64,000 bases of DNA from Candidatus Dormiibacterota bacterium (lineage in GTDB: Bacteria > Chloroflexota > Dormibacteria > Aeolococcales > Aeolococcaceae): contig OY970355.1 of assembly GCA_963718525.1 (NCBI GenBank), positions 1,159,397-1,223,396 on the forward strand. Direction: 5' to 3'. The position numbers and the translations under genes were made by a program. This document shows, piece after piece, positions 8,270 to 17,568 of the stretch. The notes below the pieces were generated by a model. That model made no database searches. It was not told where the DNA came from and was given only the letters and a program-made list of their open reading frames with translations. The number at the start of each line of letters is the position of its first letter. Position 1 is the first letter of the stretch.

Positions 8270-9487
8270 ATGCTGAGCAATACCCGACTACCTGGCCCGT
8301 TCTCGCGCCTGCCCATTGCCTGGGTCATCGCGTTGGTCGTGTTCGTCCTGGCTGGCCTCAGCGCGCTCACCAAGAGCGGCGGTCAGCAGGCGCTGCTCCT
8401 GGCCGCCCTCGGTGTGATCCTCGTCCTTCGCGGAGCGACGGTCTTCTACCAGCGCCGGCCGATCGCGGGCCCGCCCCCGATCGAGCCGTCCTCCGAATCA
8501 CCCGCCCCTCCACGCGTTGTTGGAGCTCGGTCACCGTCAGCCCCAGTCTCGATCGCGACCGTCCCCGAAGTCCCCCAGACGGTGATCGAGGCGCGAGATC
8601 TCGCCAAGCGATACGGGCAGATCGTCGCGGTCGACGGAGTCAGTTTCTCGGTCGAGAGCGGCGAGATCTTTGCACTGCTCGGCCCCAACGGTGCGGGGAA
8701 GTCAACAACGCTCGAGATGCTCGAGGGGCTCCGGGACATCGATAGCGGCACCGCGCTGGTGCTGGGAACCGACATCAAGTCAAACGCCGTGGCCGTGAAA
8801 CGGCGCATCGGCGTCCAACTCCAGGCGACAGCGCTTCCGAGCTTCACGACCGTCCGAGAGTCGATCGACCTGTTCCGCGCCTTCTATGACCACACGCGCG
8901 ATACCGCAGATCTCCTCGTGGAGTTTGACCTGGTTGCGCAGGCGAAGCAGGTCACCACAAAGCTCAGCGGGGGCCAACAGCAGCGGCTCAGCATCGCACT
9001 CGCCATGGTCAATGATCCCGACGTGGTGTTTCTCGACGAGCCGACCACCGGCCTCGATCCCCAGGCGCGAATCTCGTTGTGGGGCTTCATCGAACGTTTC
9101 CGGAGCCGTGGCAAGACGGTGATGCTCACCACGCACTACATGGAGGAGGCGGAGCGGCTGTGCGATCGCGTCGCGGTCATGGACCAGGGGCACATCGTGG
9201 CGCTCGATACGCCGGACCGCCTGGTGACATTGCACGCACCGGGCACGACGATCTGCTTCACGAGTCCGCACCCAGACGCGGAAGGACTGCGTGCGTTGAC
9301 CGGTGTCGAATCGATTGAGGTCGACGCTGGAACAGTGCGCATCGTCACACGGACTCCCGAGACCGTCCTCGCGCAGTTGCTCCACCCTGACAGCCCGGAG
9401 TCGCACGGGCTTAGCAACCTGCGCGTGGAACGGGGCACGCTCGAAGACGTGTTCATCGCTCTGACCGGGCGCGACCTGCGCTCATGA
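8270..9487 (+). CDS. ABC transporter ATP-binding protein with an unusual N-terminal transmembrane and Pro-rich extension
   Basis: In-frame ATG 8270 after the upstream stop. N-terminal helices (LPIAWVIALVVFVLAGLSAL, ALLLAALGVILVLRG). Then Walker A GPNGAGKST, signature LSGGQQQRL, Walker B VVFLDEPTTGLD and an H-loop TTHYMEEAE. Confidence 0.85.
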   Translation: MLSNTRLPGPFSRLPIAWVIALVVFVLAGLSALTKSGGQQALLLAALGVILVLRGATVFYQRRPIAGPPPIEPSSESPAPPRVVGARSPSAPVSIATVPEVPQTVIEARDLAKRYGQIVAVDGVSFSVESGEIFALLGPNGAGKSTTLEMLEGLRDIDSGTALVLGTDIKSNAVAVKRRIGVQLQATALPSFTTVRESIDLFRAFYDHTRDTADLLVEFDLVAQAKQVTTKLSGGQQQRLSIALAMVNDPDVVFLDEPTTGLDPQARISLWGFIERFRSRGKTVMLTTHYMEEAERLCDRVAVMDQGHIVALDTPDRLVTLHAPGTTICFTSPHPDAEGLRALTGVESIEVDAGTVRIVTRTPETVLAQLLHPDSPESHGLSNLRVERGTLEDVFIALTGRDLRS

Positions 9488-10572
9488 GGGCATGGTTCGC
9501 TCTCGTCAAGACAACCGTGCGAAGCAGCTTCCGAAACCGTGCCGCGCTGATCTTCACGCTGCTCATTCCGATCTTCCTCATGGTGCTGCTCGGCAACGTG
9601 CTCGGTGGTGGGAATGCGTCGGTGAACATCGGCGTTGTGAACCAGGCCTCCACCCCGTTGAGCACGGCATACGTGGCGACGCTCAAGAACGAGAAGAACC
9701 TGGTGGTCGAGCAGGGAAATGCTTCGAAAGAGTTGAATCGTCTCCAGCACGACAACGTGGTGGCTGTGATTGTGATCCCATCGACCTTCGGTGCCCAGTG
9801 TGCGACCGGATCTTCGTGTCCAAGCCCCGCTGTGAGCCTTCACCTCGACAGCAACGACCCGTCGAATTCGCAAGTTGCCGCCGCGATCATCGCCGCCGTG
9901 ACGAGTGGATTCGCCCAGACGGCCCACCTCGGTGGCTCATCCGGAATCACCCTCACCACCACCGAGGTCGGCACGCAGAACATCACGTCCATCGACTACT
10001 ACCTGCCATCGATGATGGCCTACGTCGCAGTTCTCGCCGGGCTGACCTACGTCTCCATCACGATCGTCGATCAGCGTGAACGCAACGTCCTTCGCCGTTA
10101 CCGGGCCACACCGCTCCACCCGCTGCAGGTGCTGGGAGCCGCCATGACCGGAGGTGCGGTCACGGTTGCTCTCGAGGTGGCAGCGCTCGCGCTTGTCGGC
10201 GTCTTCATCTTCGGCGCGCGTGGGCACGGCAGCTGGCTCCTTGCTGTGATCGCGCTCGTGGTCGGGATCGCCAGCTTCGTCAGCATGGGATTCCTGCTGA
10301 CGTCATTTGTCAGCACCAGTGATGCGGCCCGGGGGATCTCGACGCTGATCGGGTTTCCCATGCTGTTCCTCAGCGGCATCTTCTTCCCGGTCGATGCCCT
10401 GCCACAGTGGATCCAGAGCATCGTCCACGTCCTCCCGGTCTACTACGTTTCCGACGCGCTGCATCAAATCCTCAACTCGGGCACCGGACTCCCGCTGCTC
10501 GACGTCGTGGTGCCACTCGCCTGGGCGGCGGGATGCTTTGCGCTCGCCACCTGGCGGTTCCGCTGGGAGTAG
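9484..10572 (+). CDS. ABC-2 family transporter permease
   Basis: ATGA overlap with the upstream ATPase. Polytopic membrane protein with a typical ABC-2 type permease pattern. Confidence 0.8.
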   Translation: MRAWFALVKTTVRSSFRNRAALIFTLLIPIFLMVLLGNVLGGGNASVNIGVVNQASTPLSTAYVATLKNEKNLVVEQGNASKELNRLQHDNVVAVIVIPSTFGAQCATGSSCPSPAVSLHLDSNDPSNSQVAAAIIAAVTSGFAQTAHLGGSSGITLTTTEVGTQNITSIDYYLPSMMAYVAVLAGLTYVSITIVDQRERNVLRRYRATPLHPLQVLGAAMTGGAVTVALEVAALALVGVFIFGARGHGSWLLAVIALVVGIASFVSMGFLLTSFVSTSDAARGISTLIGFPMLFLSGIFFPVDALPQWIQSIVHVLPVYYVSDALHQILNSGTGLPLLDVVVPLAWAAGCFALATWRFRWE

Positions 10573-10576
10573 CGGC

Positions 10577-10972
10577 TCAGGAGCAGGTGGTCGCCCGGTA
10601 CGAGGCGTTGCCCAGGTCCGGTGCGGCCTTACCGGTCACGGTGATCGTCGAGGCGCGGGCAGGCGGTGCGCAGCCTCGAGGAAAGACGATGAACACGCTC
10701 CGTGCGCCCGCAGAGATGTAGCCGTCGCAACTCGTGCTGTTGCACTGATAGGGCTCGAAGCTTCCCGAGAGCGTTGTTGTCCCGTCCGGAGCCACTGACC
10801 TCACCGGGTTGGCGAAGAGCCCCGTGAACCCGACGACGAAGAGGACAGCGATCACCAGCACGGCAAGCACCACCACGGGAACGCCCCAGACCGGCCGGCG
10901 CCGTAAACGCTCGGCGTGGTCCGTTGGGGACTGCACCAGTGCCTGCTCGGTGGTGCTCGGCGGATTCTCCAT
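10577..10972 (-). CDS. Small Cys-rich membrane-anchored hypothetical protein
   Basis: 3' 131 codons of ORF 10577..11377 (-): MENPPSTTEQ...RRPVWGVPVVVLAVLVIAVLFVVGFTGLF (TM), then CNSTSCDGY...GCAPP...TTCS. ATG at 10972. Confidence 0.45.
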   Translation of the reverse strand: MENPPSTTEQALVQSPTDHAERLRRRPVWGVPVVVLAVLVIAVLFVVGFTGLFANPVRSVAPDGTTTLSGSFEPYQCNSTSCDGYISAGARSVFIVFPRGCAPPARASTITVTGKAAPDLGNASYRATTCS

Positions 10973-10999
10973 TGCACTGGTACGGTACCGAAGTCCGCC

Positions 11000-11770
11000 A
11001 TGCGGCAGCCGATCGTCTTCGTCACCGACTTCGGGCGCGACGACGCGTACGCGGCGTCGCTGGTTGGCGCTGCCTGGCGCGTCGACCCGCACGCGATCTG
11101 CGTGGAGGGGACCCACGGCATTCCGCCGGGAGACGTGCTCGCCGGCGCCTACCAGCTCAAGGCGCTGGCGCGAGCGTTCAGCGGAGGTGCCGTCTTCTGT
11201 GCCGTCGTCGATCCGGGGGTGGGAACCGCGCGACGAGCGATTGCCGTCAAGGCGGGAAGGATCCGCTGTGTGGCGCCCGACAATGGACTGGTGTCGTACC
11301 TCTGGGACGAGGCGGCGGCGGACGACCGCCGGGCGGTGAGCATCGACGTCAACGCCGACGCCTCGCCGACCTTCCACGGTCGCGACGTGTTCGCCCCGTT
11401 CGCCGCCGAACTATCGTCGAACCAGCGGTTCGACGTCGCCGGCGACCTCATCGATGAGCCTGTCGTCCTCGCCGCAGCATTCGCACGGCGGGTCGGGAGC
11501 CGGATCGCTGGGCGAGTTGCCGTGGTCGATCACTTTGGCAACGCGATCACGACCATCCGTGCCGCGGACATCGAAGGCGCCACCGTTCGCGCGGTGACAT
11601 GGCCGGGAGGTCGCTCCTCGGGGTTGGTGTCGACATATGGCCACATCGACGCCGGCCCCGCCGCGGTGCTCGGGAGTGCGGGACATGTGGAGATCGCGGG
11701 CCGGGGTGTGGCCGCTGCCGCCATCGGCGGCCCCCGGCTGGGCGATGGAGTGGAGGTCGAACTCGCGTGA
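11000..11770 (+). CDS. SAM hydroxide adenosyltransferase family protein (DUF62; related to fluorinase/chlorinase SalL)
   Basis: MRQPIVFVTDFGRDDAYAASLVGA... N-terminus and ...VDHFGNAITTI... are characteristic of the DUF62 SAM hydrolase family. Confidence 0.7.
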   Translation: MRQPIVFVTDFGRDDAYAASLVGAAWRVDPHAICVEGTHGIPPGDVLAGAYQLKALARAFSGGAVFCAVVDPGVGTARRAIAVKAGRIRCVAPDNGLVSYLWDEAAADDRRAVSIDVNADASPTFHGRDVFAPFAAELSSNQRFDVAGDLIDEPVVLAAAFARRVGSRIAGRVAVVDHFGNAITTIRAADIEGATVRAVTWPGGRSSGLVSTYGHIDAGPAAVLGSAGHVEIAGRGVAAAAIGGPRLGDGVEVELA

Positions 11771-12507
11771 CCGCACACCCCGACGGCGCTGGAGCGCTCG
11801 GTGACCTCACCTCCGAGCAGGTGGCGCGGCTCGACGCCGCCGCCCTCGAGTGTGGCGTGGCCACGACGCAGCTCATGGAGATCGCCGGATGGCAGGTGGC
11901 GCGGTGCGCCTGGCACCGGCTTGGCCGCCCGAGGGGCGTGCGCGTTGTCGCCGGATATGGCAACAACGGAGGCGACGGCCTGGTGGCGGCGCGACATCTG
12001 TCGACCTGGGGATGTGCGGTACGGGTGCTCGTCCTTGGCGATGACGCGCGCGTCATCGGCGTGGTGCGCGACCATGTCACCTCGGCGCGAAGGTGCGGTG
12101 TCGACGTCACCGTGGACAACGATCCCGAGGCCGTGCGCGAACTCGTCGACAGCGGGGCTGAACTGGTCGTGGACGCGATCCTCGGCACCGGATTGCGGAG
12201 CGCGCCTCGCGAGCCTCAGGCCGGCGCGATCCGCGCACTCAACGAGTCTCGTCTCCCAGTCCTTGCCGTCGACGTCCCGAGCGGCCTGGACGCCACGACC
12301 GGTGAGGCATTCGACCCCACCATCGTCGCAGCCTTGACGTGCACGCTGACCGCGATGAAGCGGGGTCTGCGACAGGGCGACGGTGCCCGGCACGCGGGCG
12401 AAGTCTGGGTTGCGGACATCGGCATGCCCACCGGTGCCTGGCTCCGAGCCGGGCTCGAGCGACCAGCGCGTGTCACCGGCGGTGAGTTGGTGCACACTTC
12501 GTCCTGA
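11767..12507 (+). CDS. NAD(P)H-hydrate epimerase (YjeF N-terminal domain)
   Basis: GTGA overlap with the upstream gene. VRVVAGYGNNGGDGLVAARHL motif (GxGNNGGDG) of the YjeF_N family. Confidence 0.75.
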   Translation: MTAHPDGAGALGDLTSEQVARLDAAALECGVATTQLMEIAGWQVARCAWHRLGRPRGVRVVAGYGNNGGDGLVAARHLSTWGCAVRVLVLGDDARVIGVVRDHVTSARRCGVDVTVDNDPEAVRELVDSGAELVVDAILGTGLRSAPREPQAGAIRALNESRLPVLAVDVPSGLDATTGEAFDPTIVAALTCTLTAMKRGLRQGDGARHAGEVWVADIGMPTGAWLRAGLERPARVTGGELVHTSS

Positions 12508-12580
12508 TCTCCTAGTTGACCGCAGAGCGGACTCCCGGCTATTCTTCGACCGTACTCCGCGCCCCTCAAGCGCAAACGTC

Positions 12581-13102
12581 ATGATCAACGTCTCAGCACA
12601 CATCGCTCCCGAGGCGCGCGAGCTTGCCGCAACCGCACGCGAGCAGCTCGACGATCTAGTCACGTATGCCACCCATCTGGTCAATCACCAGGCGGACGCC
12701 GTGGCATTCGTCGCCGGAGGCATCCACCACGCGAGCCGCTATCCGCCCGCGCGTCTGCGCGTCGACGGTCGGGCCGCGCTGTACCGGGCGGTCACCCGCG
12801 CGTGCAGGCACGGTCAGCGGTTCCCGCCACGGCCGCAGGGCTTCGGCAGGATGTTCCGCCGGGGCGCCGGATCGATTCGTGTGGAGGTCGATGACGTGAA
12901 CGCCGGTCGCATCAATACCGTCAAGCGCGCCCTTGCGATGCTCGGGTTTGACCGGCGGGCAGCGCTCCTCCTTCGCGACCTGTGCGGTCTCGACTATCAC
13001 GAGATGTCTCGCGCCCTCGAGTGCTCGCCCGAGGCGGCGGCGCGGCTGGTCGCGGCGGCGCGCAGAGAGTTCGGCTCGATCTATCGAGAGATCGCGATAT
13101 GA
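12581..13102 (+). CDS. ECF-type RNA polymerase sigma factor (clear region 4, divergent region 2)
   Basis: C-terminus RRAALLLRDLCGLDYHEMSRALECSPEAAARLVAAARREF is a sigma-70 region 4 HTH. Followed by an ATGA-coupled anti-sigma gene. Confidence 0.65.
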   Translation: MINVSAHIAPEARELAATAREQLDDLVTYATHLVNHQADAVAFVAGGIHHASRYPPARLRVDGRAALYRAVTRACRHGQRFPPRPQGFGRMFRRGAGSIRVEVDDVNAGRINTVKRALAMLGFDRRAALLLRDLCGLDYHEMSRALECSPEAAARLVAAARREFGSIYREIAI

Positions 13103-15129
13103 GGTGCAGCCTCCTCGCGCTCAGCAGTTACATCGACGCCGAGCTCGACGCGGAGCCGACCGGCGAGCTCGAGGCACACCTGGTCGCTTGCGATCGCTGC
13201 CGGACGGCAGTCGGTCACCTCCAGGAGGAATCGGCACGCATTGAGGGGCTCGCCCGAGTCCACGTACCCGATGACGCCGTCCGCGAACTGTTCAGTCAGA
13301 TCGGTTTGATTGCGGAGGAGGACGACTTGCCCGAAGGACCTGTGCGTCGCGACCGTCCGGAATCAGTCGAGGCCCCTCCCTGGTTCGGCGCCGAGCGTGG
13401 GGCGGCATTGCCGTGGGCACCACGTCCGACCGCGCACGATCGTTCGAATCCGCGCGAGCTGGTCGGCGAGCGCACCCCCACCATCGCGATCGCCGAGCCG
13501 CCCGAGCTGTTCCTGTGGGACGAGGGCATCGATCAGATCGCTACCGCCGTCCCCGAGCCGCCGGCGGTGCATGTGCTGGCTGCGGAGGCCGAAGCCGAGC
13601 AGGCGCCTGAGGACGAGCCCGAAGCGCAGCCGGTTGTCGATGTGCGCGACGAGCCCATGGCCGAGGCGCCGACGCCGCTGATCGACACGCGTGACGAACC
13701 GGTGGCCACCAGGCCGGAGCCGGCCCACCACGTGCAGGCTTGGCCCGTCGCGATGGACCAGCCACCTCCGACGACCACGCCCGCACCCCAGCCGCCGGAC
13801 CTGTCGACGTCGGCGCCGATGGTGGCGCCGCCACGGCTGGCAGCCGGATCAAATGCGCTCCAGCGGCTTCGCGACGCGGTTGCGGTGCGCTTCGCGCTGC
13901 GCCGGGGCGCGGGCTCACAACTCGATCCGGACGTCGAGATCGTGAGCGGCGTCGGCGCTCCCAGGTGGAACGAGCGCGCACATCGATCCCATTGGTCCGA
14001 CAGCCCGCCGATTGTGGCTGCCGCAGCGCCTGCACTCGCTGAACCGTCGCCACCACCCGTGGTCAAACCGAGGCGTGCCAGCCGTTTCCTCGCTCGGCTC
14101 ACCGCCGAGCCGGCGGTCGAGGCCCCTGCCACCGCCGTCGAGTCCGTCGAGCCTGATCTCCCAGCGAGCGACCCCCTACCCGAGACTGTCGCAGCCACGG
14201 CCGCGCCTGCGCTCGCAGACGTGCTCAGCGAGGTGGCGAGCCTCGCGGCGCCACTCGAGCGCATTCACACACCGGCACCGGCGGACACCCCGCCGGCGCA
14301 CGTCGAGCGCGAACGCAGTCTCGACCGTTGGGCACCTGCACCCGACAGCGACCCGGCTGACTCGCCGGACGATGACCTGCAATTCGGCGTGCAAGCCGAA
14401 CCCGCGTCCTCACCCGTCCCGGGACGGCATATGCGGCGTCTGCATTCGCAGAAATCGGACCGCCGGCAGTGGGCTCCGACCCAACCGGTGACCGGGCGTC
14501 ATGTTCTGCCGCTTGGTGGACCCGCCGTGGGTGCCGCAGATCGTGACCGGCGCCTCTGGCTGTTCGGTGCGATCACCGTGGTGCTGATGCTTCTGGGTCT
14601 GCTCGTCGGCAGGCAGGTCACCCAGACGGGGCCGCTTGTCGCGTCCACCCTCCCGCGCTCCACCCCCGCGGTTCATGCCACGACGCCGACCGCCGCGCCG
14701 CTGCCCATTGCGACAGCAGCCCCGGCTCCGACCGCGGTGGTCCCGTCGGCGCCAACGCCCCAGCAGCTCACCGGAGCCAAGACGATCGGTTCAGGGAGCA
14801 GCGGGTTCTCAGTCGCCGACGTCCGATACGGCGAGCATCCCAATGACTTCCGGCTGGTCTTCGATATGGCGTTCCCCAGCACCGTCACCGGCAGCCCATC
14901 GACGGTGATCGGTTACGACGGACCCACCACCCTCTACGTCGAGTTCACCGGCGTGGCTGGAGCGACGAACATCGCGACAATGCCGCACGGTCAGGTGGTG
15001 ACGTCGGTCGTGGCGCTGCTGATGGCCCGCAACACCAATCGTCTGATCTTCAAGATCACGCTGAGCAAGAACGCACCCTTCGACGCCTACTACCTCTCGG
15101 GCTCTCGGCTCGTCATCGACATCACCTAG
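13099..15129 (+). CDS. Anti-sigma factor with an N-terminal zf-HC2 zinc finger, Pro/Ala-rich linker, one TM helix and a large C-terminal extracytoplasmic domain
   Basis: N-terminus MRCSLLALSSYIDAELD...HLVACDRCRTAVGHL (HxxxCxxC). Low-complexity P/A/E region. TM LWLFGAITVVLMLLGLLVG. About 190-aa C-terminal domain. Confidence 0.7.
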   Translation: MRCSLLALSSYIDAELDAEPTGELEAHLVACDRCRTAVGHLQEESARIEGLARVHVPDDAVRELFSQIGLIAEEDDLPEGPVRRDRPESVEAPPWFGAERGAALPWAPRPTAHDRSNPRELVGERTPTIAIAEPPELFLWDEGIDQIATAVPEPPAVHVLAAEAEAEQAPEDEPEAQPVVDVRDEPMAEAPTPLIDTRDEPVATRPEPAHHVQAWPVAMDQPPPTTTPAPQPPDLSTSAPMVAPPRLAAGSNALQRLRDAVAVRFALRRGAGSQLDPDVEIVSGVGAPRWNERAHRSHWSDSPPIVAAAAPALAEPSPPPVVKPRRASRFLARLTAEPAVEAPATAVESVEPDLPASDPLPETVAATAAPALADVLSEVASLAAPLERIHTPAPADTPPAHVERERSLDRWAPAPDSDPADSPDDDLQFGVQAEPASSPVPGRHMRRLHSQKSDRRQWAPTQPVTGRHVLPLGGPAVGAADRDRRLWLFGAITVVLMLLGLLVGRQVTQTGPLVASTLPRSTPAVHATTPTAAPLPIATAAPAPTAVVPSAPTPQQLTGAKTIGSGSSGFSVADVRYGEHPNDFRLVFDMAFPSTVTGSPSTVIGYDGPTTLYVEFTGVAGATNIATMPHGQVVTSVVALLMARNTNRLIFKITLSKNAPFDAYYLSGSRLVIDIT

Positions 15130-15138
15130 CCCGCGCGG

Positions 15139-16713
15139 TCACCCCGCGGAGGTCGCGGCCCCCTCGGGCTGAGTGGATGACTTCGTCTCGACGACCGGCT
15201 GCCCGTGCGTCTCGCGAAGATCGAACTTGAGCACCTTGCCGGCGGGATTGCGGGGCAGCGCATCGATGAACACCACGGATTTGGGTTGCTTGTATCGGGC
15301 CAGCTTGTCGTACGTGAAGTCGATGACATCCTGCTCGGTGAGTGACACCCCGTCCTTCGGTACAACGATCGCGCGCACCGTCTCGCCCCAGCGCGGATGC
15401 TGCACACCGATGACGGCGACCTCCTTGACGCCGGGGTGCTGATAGAGGGTGTCCTCGACCTCAGCCGGGTACACGTTCTCGCCGCCGGTGATGATCAGGT
15501 CCTTCTTGCGGTCGACGATGTAGAAGTAGCCGTCGGCATCACGTACACCGACGTCCCCGGTGTGGAACCAGCCGTCGACGAGCACCTCGGCAGTGGCGTC
15601 TGGACGGTTCCAGTAGCCCTTCATCACGTTGGGACCACGGACGACGATCTCGCCGCGCTCGCCGTCGGGGACATCATGACCGTTGTCATCGACGATCTTG
15701 ACGTCCGTGAAGAATGGTGCGATGCCTGCGGACCCGAGCTTTTCGGTTGCCATCGACGAGGGCAGGAACGACGCGAACGGCGATGTCTCCGTGAGCCCGT
15801 ACCCCTGGTTGAAGGGGAGTCCGCGTGCCCCGTAAATCTTGATCAGCGCCTCGGGAACGGGCGCGCCTCCGCACGACAGCACACGGATGCTGGTCAGATC
15901 GCGCGTCGCGAAATCCGGATGCTGTGCCATGAAGAGATACATGGCCGGCACCCCGAACATCGACGTGATATGGAACTTCTCGATGTTCTCGAGCACCATA
16001 CCGGGCTCAAACATCTGCTCCATCACGACCGTCGCCCCTTTGATCAGGGAGAGCAGTGGTGTGACGTTCAATCCGCCGATGTGAAACAGGGGCGCGACCA
16101 CAAGTGAGATCTCCTGGGACGTCGCGTCGTCGGCGAGCATCGCGTTGATGTTGTTCCAGATGATGTTGCCGTGGGTGAGCATCGCGCCCTTCGGCCGGCC
16201 GGTGGTTCCCGATGTATACATGATCAGCGCGACATCGCTCATCGCCACCGGGTAGTCGAGATCGCCGTCGCGCTGATCGTGGACGAGCGAGTCGAAGCCG
16301 CGCGCACCGCTCTGGTCGACCGCGCAGACGTATTCACTCACGCCCAACTCCCCGCGGATCGAATCGACGATTGCGGTGAACGCCTCCTCATACACCAGGG
16401 TGTGCAGCCCCGCATCACGAATGATGAAGCTGAGCTCGGGACCCGTGAGCCGGAAGTTGAGCGGTACGAAGATGGCGTCGAGCTTCGCGGCGGCGAACAG
16501 CGTGAAGAAGAATCGAGGATGGTTGAGGCCGAGGAATCCGACACGATCGCCAGGGTTGACGCCGAGTTCGTGGAGACCGTGCGCCACCCTGTTGGTGAGC
16601 CGGTTGAGCTCGGCGTATGTCCACCGATCGTCTCGGAAGATGAGCGCGGTGCTGTCCGGGTTGAGCTGGGCCCGCCGGCTCAGCGTGAAGCCGAGACCCT
16701 GGTCATTCGCCAT
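15139..16713 (-). CDS. AMP-dependent synthetase/ligase (fatty-acid–CoA ligase family)
   Basis: YTSGTTGRPKG AMP-binding motif, GYGLTETS, ...GDVGVRDADGYFYIVDRKKD. ATG 16713 with a GGAGGG RBS 8 nt upstream. Confidence 0.9.
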   Translation of the reverse strand: MANDQGLGFTLSRRAQLNPDSTALIFRDDRWTYAELNRLTNRVAHGLHELGVNPGDRVGFLGLNHPRFFFTLFAAAKLDAIFVPLNFRLTGPELSFIIRDAGLHTLVYEEAFTAIVDSIRGELGVSEYVCAVDQSGARGFDSLVHDQRDGDLDYPVAMSDVALIMYTSGTTGRPKGAMLTHGNIIWNNINAMLADDATSQEISLVVAPLFHIGGLNVTPLLSLIKGATVVMEQMFEPGMVLENIEKFHITSMFGVPAMYLFMAQHPDFATRDLTSIRVLSCGGAPVPEALIKIYGARGLPFNQGYGLTETSPFASFLPSSMATEKLGSAGIAPFFTDVKIVDDNGHDVPDGERGEIVVRGPNVMKGYWNRPDATAEVLVDGWFHTGDVGVRDADGYFYIVDRKKDLIITGGENVYPAEVEDTLYQHPGVKEVAVIGVQHPRWGETVRAIVVPKDGVSLTEQDVIDFTYDKLARYKQPKSVVFIDALPRNPAGKVLKFDLRETHGQPVVETKSSTQPEGAATSAG

Positions 16714-16782
16714 CGCCGGGACCCTCCAAGTACCCACTTCGCCTCATCGCGATTCTGCCATTCGCAGCAGCGACGCGTTTCG

Positions 16783-17550
16783 CTAGACGGTCCAGCCACC
16801 GTCGACGACGAGGACCGACCCCGTGACGAACGACGCCGCGTCGGACGCGAGGAACAGGGCTGCTCCCGCGATCTCATCGGGAACGGCGTGGCGGCCGAGT
16901 GCGGTCTGGGCGAGGATGTGATCATGGATCTCGGGGGTTTCCACGAGGTAGCGCGCGAGCTTTGTCTCGACAAGGCCCGGGGCAATTGCGTTGACCCGGA
17001 CCGCGAGTGGCCCGAGCTCGCGTGACAGCGTCCGCGTCAGCGTGATGAGCGCTGCCTTGCTCATGTTGTACGCGCCCGTGAGCGCCTCGGGCCGTATCCC
17101 GGCAACCGACGCCATGTTGATGACGCTGCCACCGTGATCGCGCATCCACGCGTGGACCGCGTGGCGGGTGAGCCGGATCGGACCCATGACGTTGACTTCC
17201 CAGATCTTGTTGATCGCTCCCTCGTCCGCGTCGAGGATTGGTCCGTACTGCGGGTTGGTTGCCGCGTTGTTGACCAGGACGTCGACCCGCCCGGCCTGTC
17301 GCATCACCTCAGCGACCACCGCCTCGCAGGTTGCGGCGTCGCCGACGTGCCCAGGCACGGCCAGTGCTCGACCGCCGGCGGCGACGAGCTGCGCAGCGGC
17401 GGCCTCGCAAGCCTCGGCGTGACGTGCGTTGACCGCCACCGTTGCCCCAGCCTCGGCAAGTGCCGTGGCTATGGCCAGGCCGATCCCACGGCTACCACCG
17501 GTCACCAGTGCCACCCGGCCGTCGAGCGAGAACCGCTCCGCGACGCTCAC
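16783..17550 (-). CDS. SDR family oxidoreductase (3-oxoacyl-ACP reductase-like)
   Basis: GRVALVTGGSRGIGLAIA, NNAA, SxxxxxxYNMSKAA catalytic motif. Confidence 0.9.
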   Translation of the reverse strand: MSVAERFSLDGRVALVTGGSRGIGLAIATALAEAGATVAVNARHAEACEAAAAQLVAAGGRALAVPGHVGDAATCEAVVAEVMRQAGRVDVLVNNAATNPQYGPILDADEGAINKIWEVNVMGPIRLTRHAVHAWMRDHGGSVINMASVAGIRPEALTGAYNMSKAALITLTRTLSRELGPLAVRVNAIAPGLVETKLARYLVETPEIHDHILAQTALGRHAVPDEIAGAALFLASDAASFVTGSVLVVDGGWTV

Positions 17551-17568
17551 GTCAGTCCAGGCTGCAAG

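Noticed and set aside
11530-12684. 384-aa minus ORF
   Set aside because: Antisense to the YjeF_N epimerase and the DUF62 gene. No motifs.
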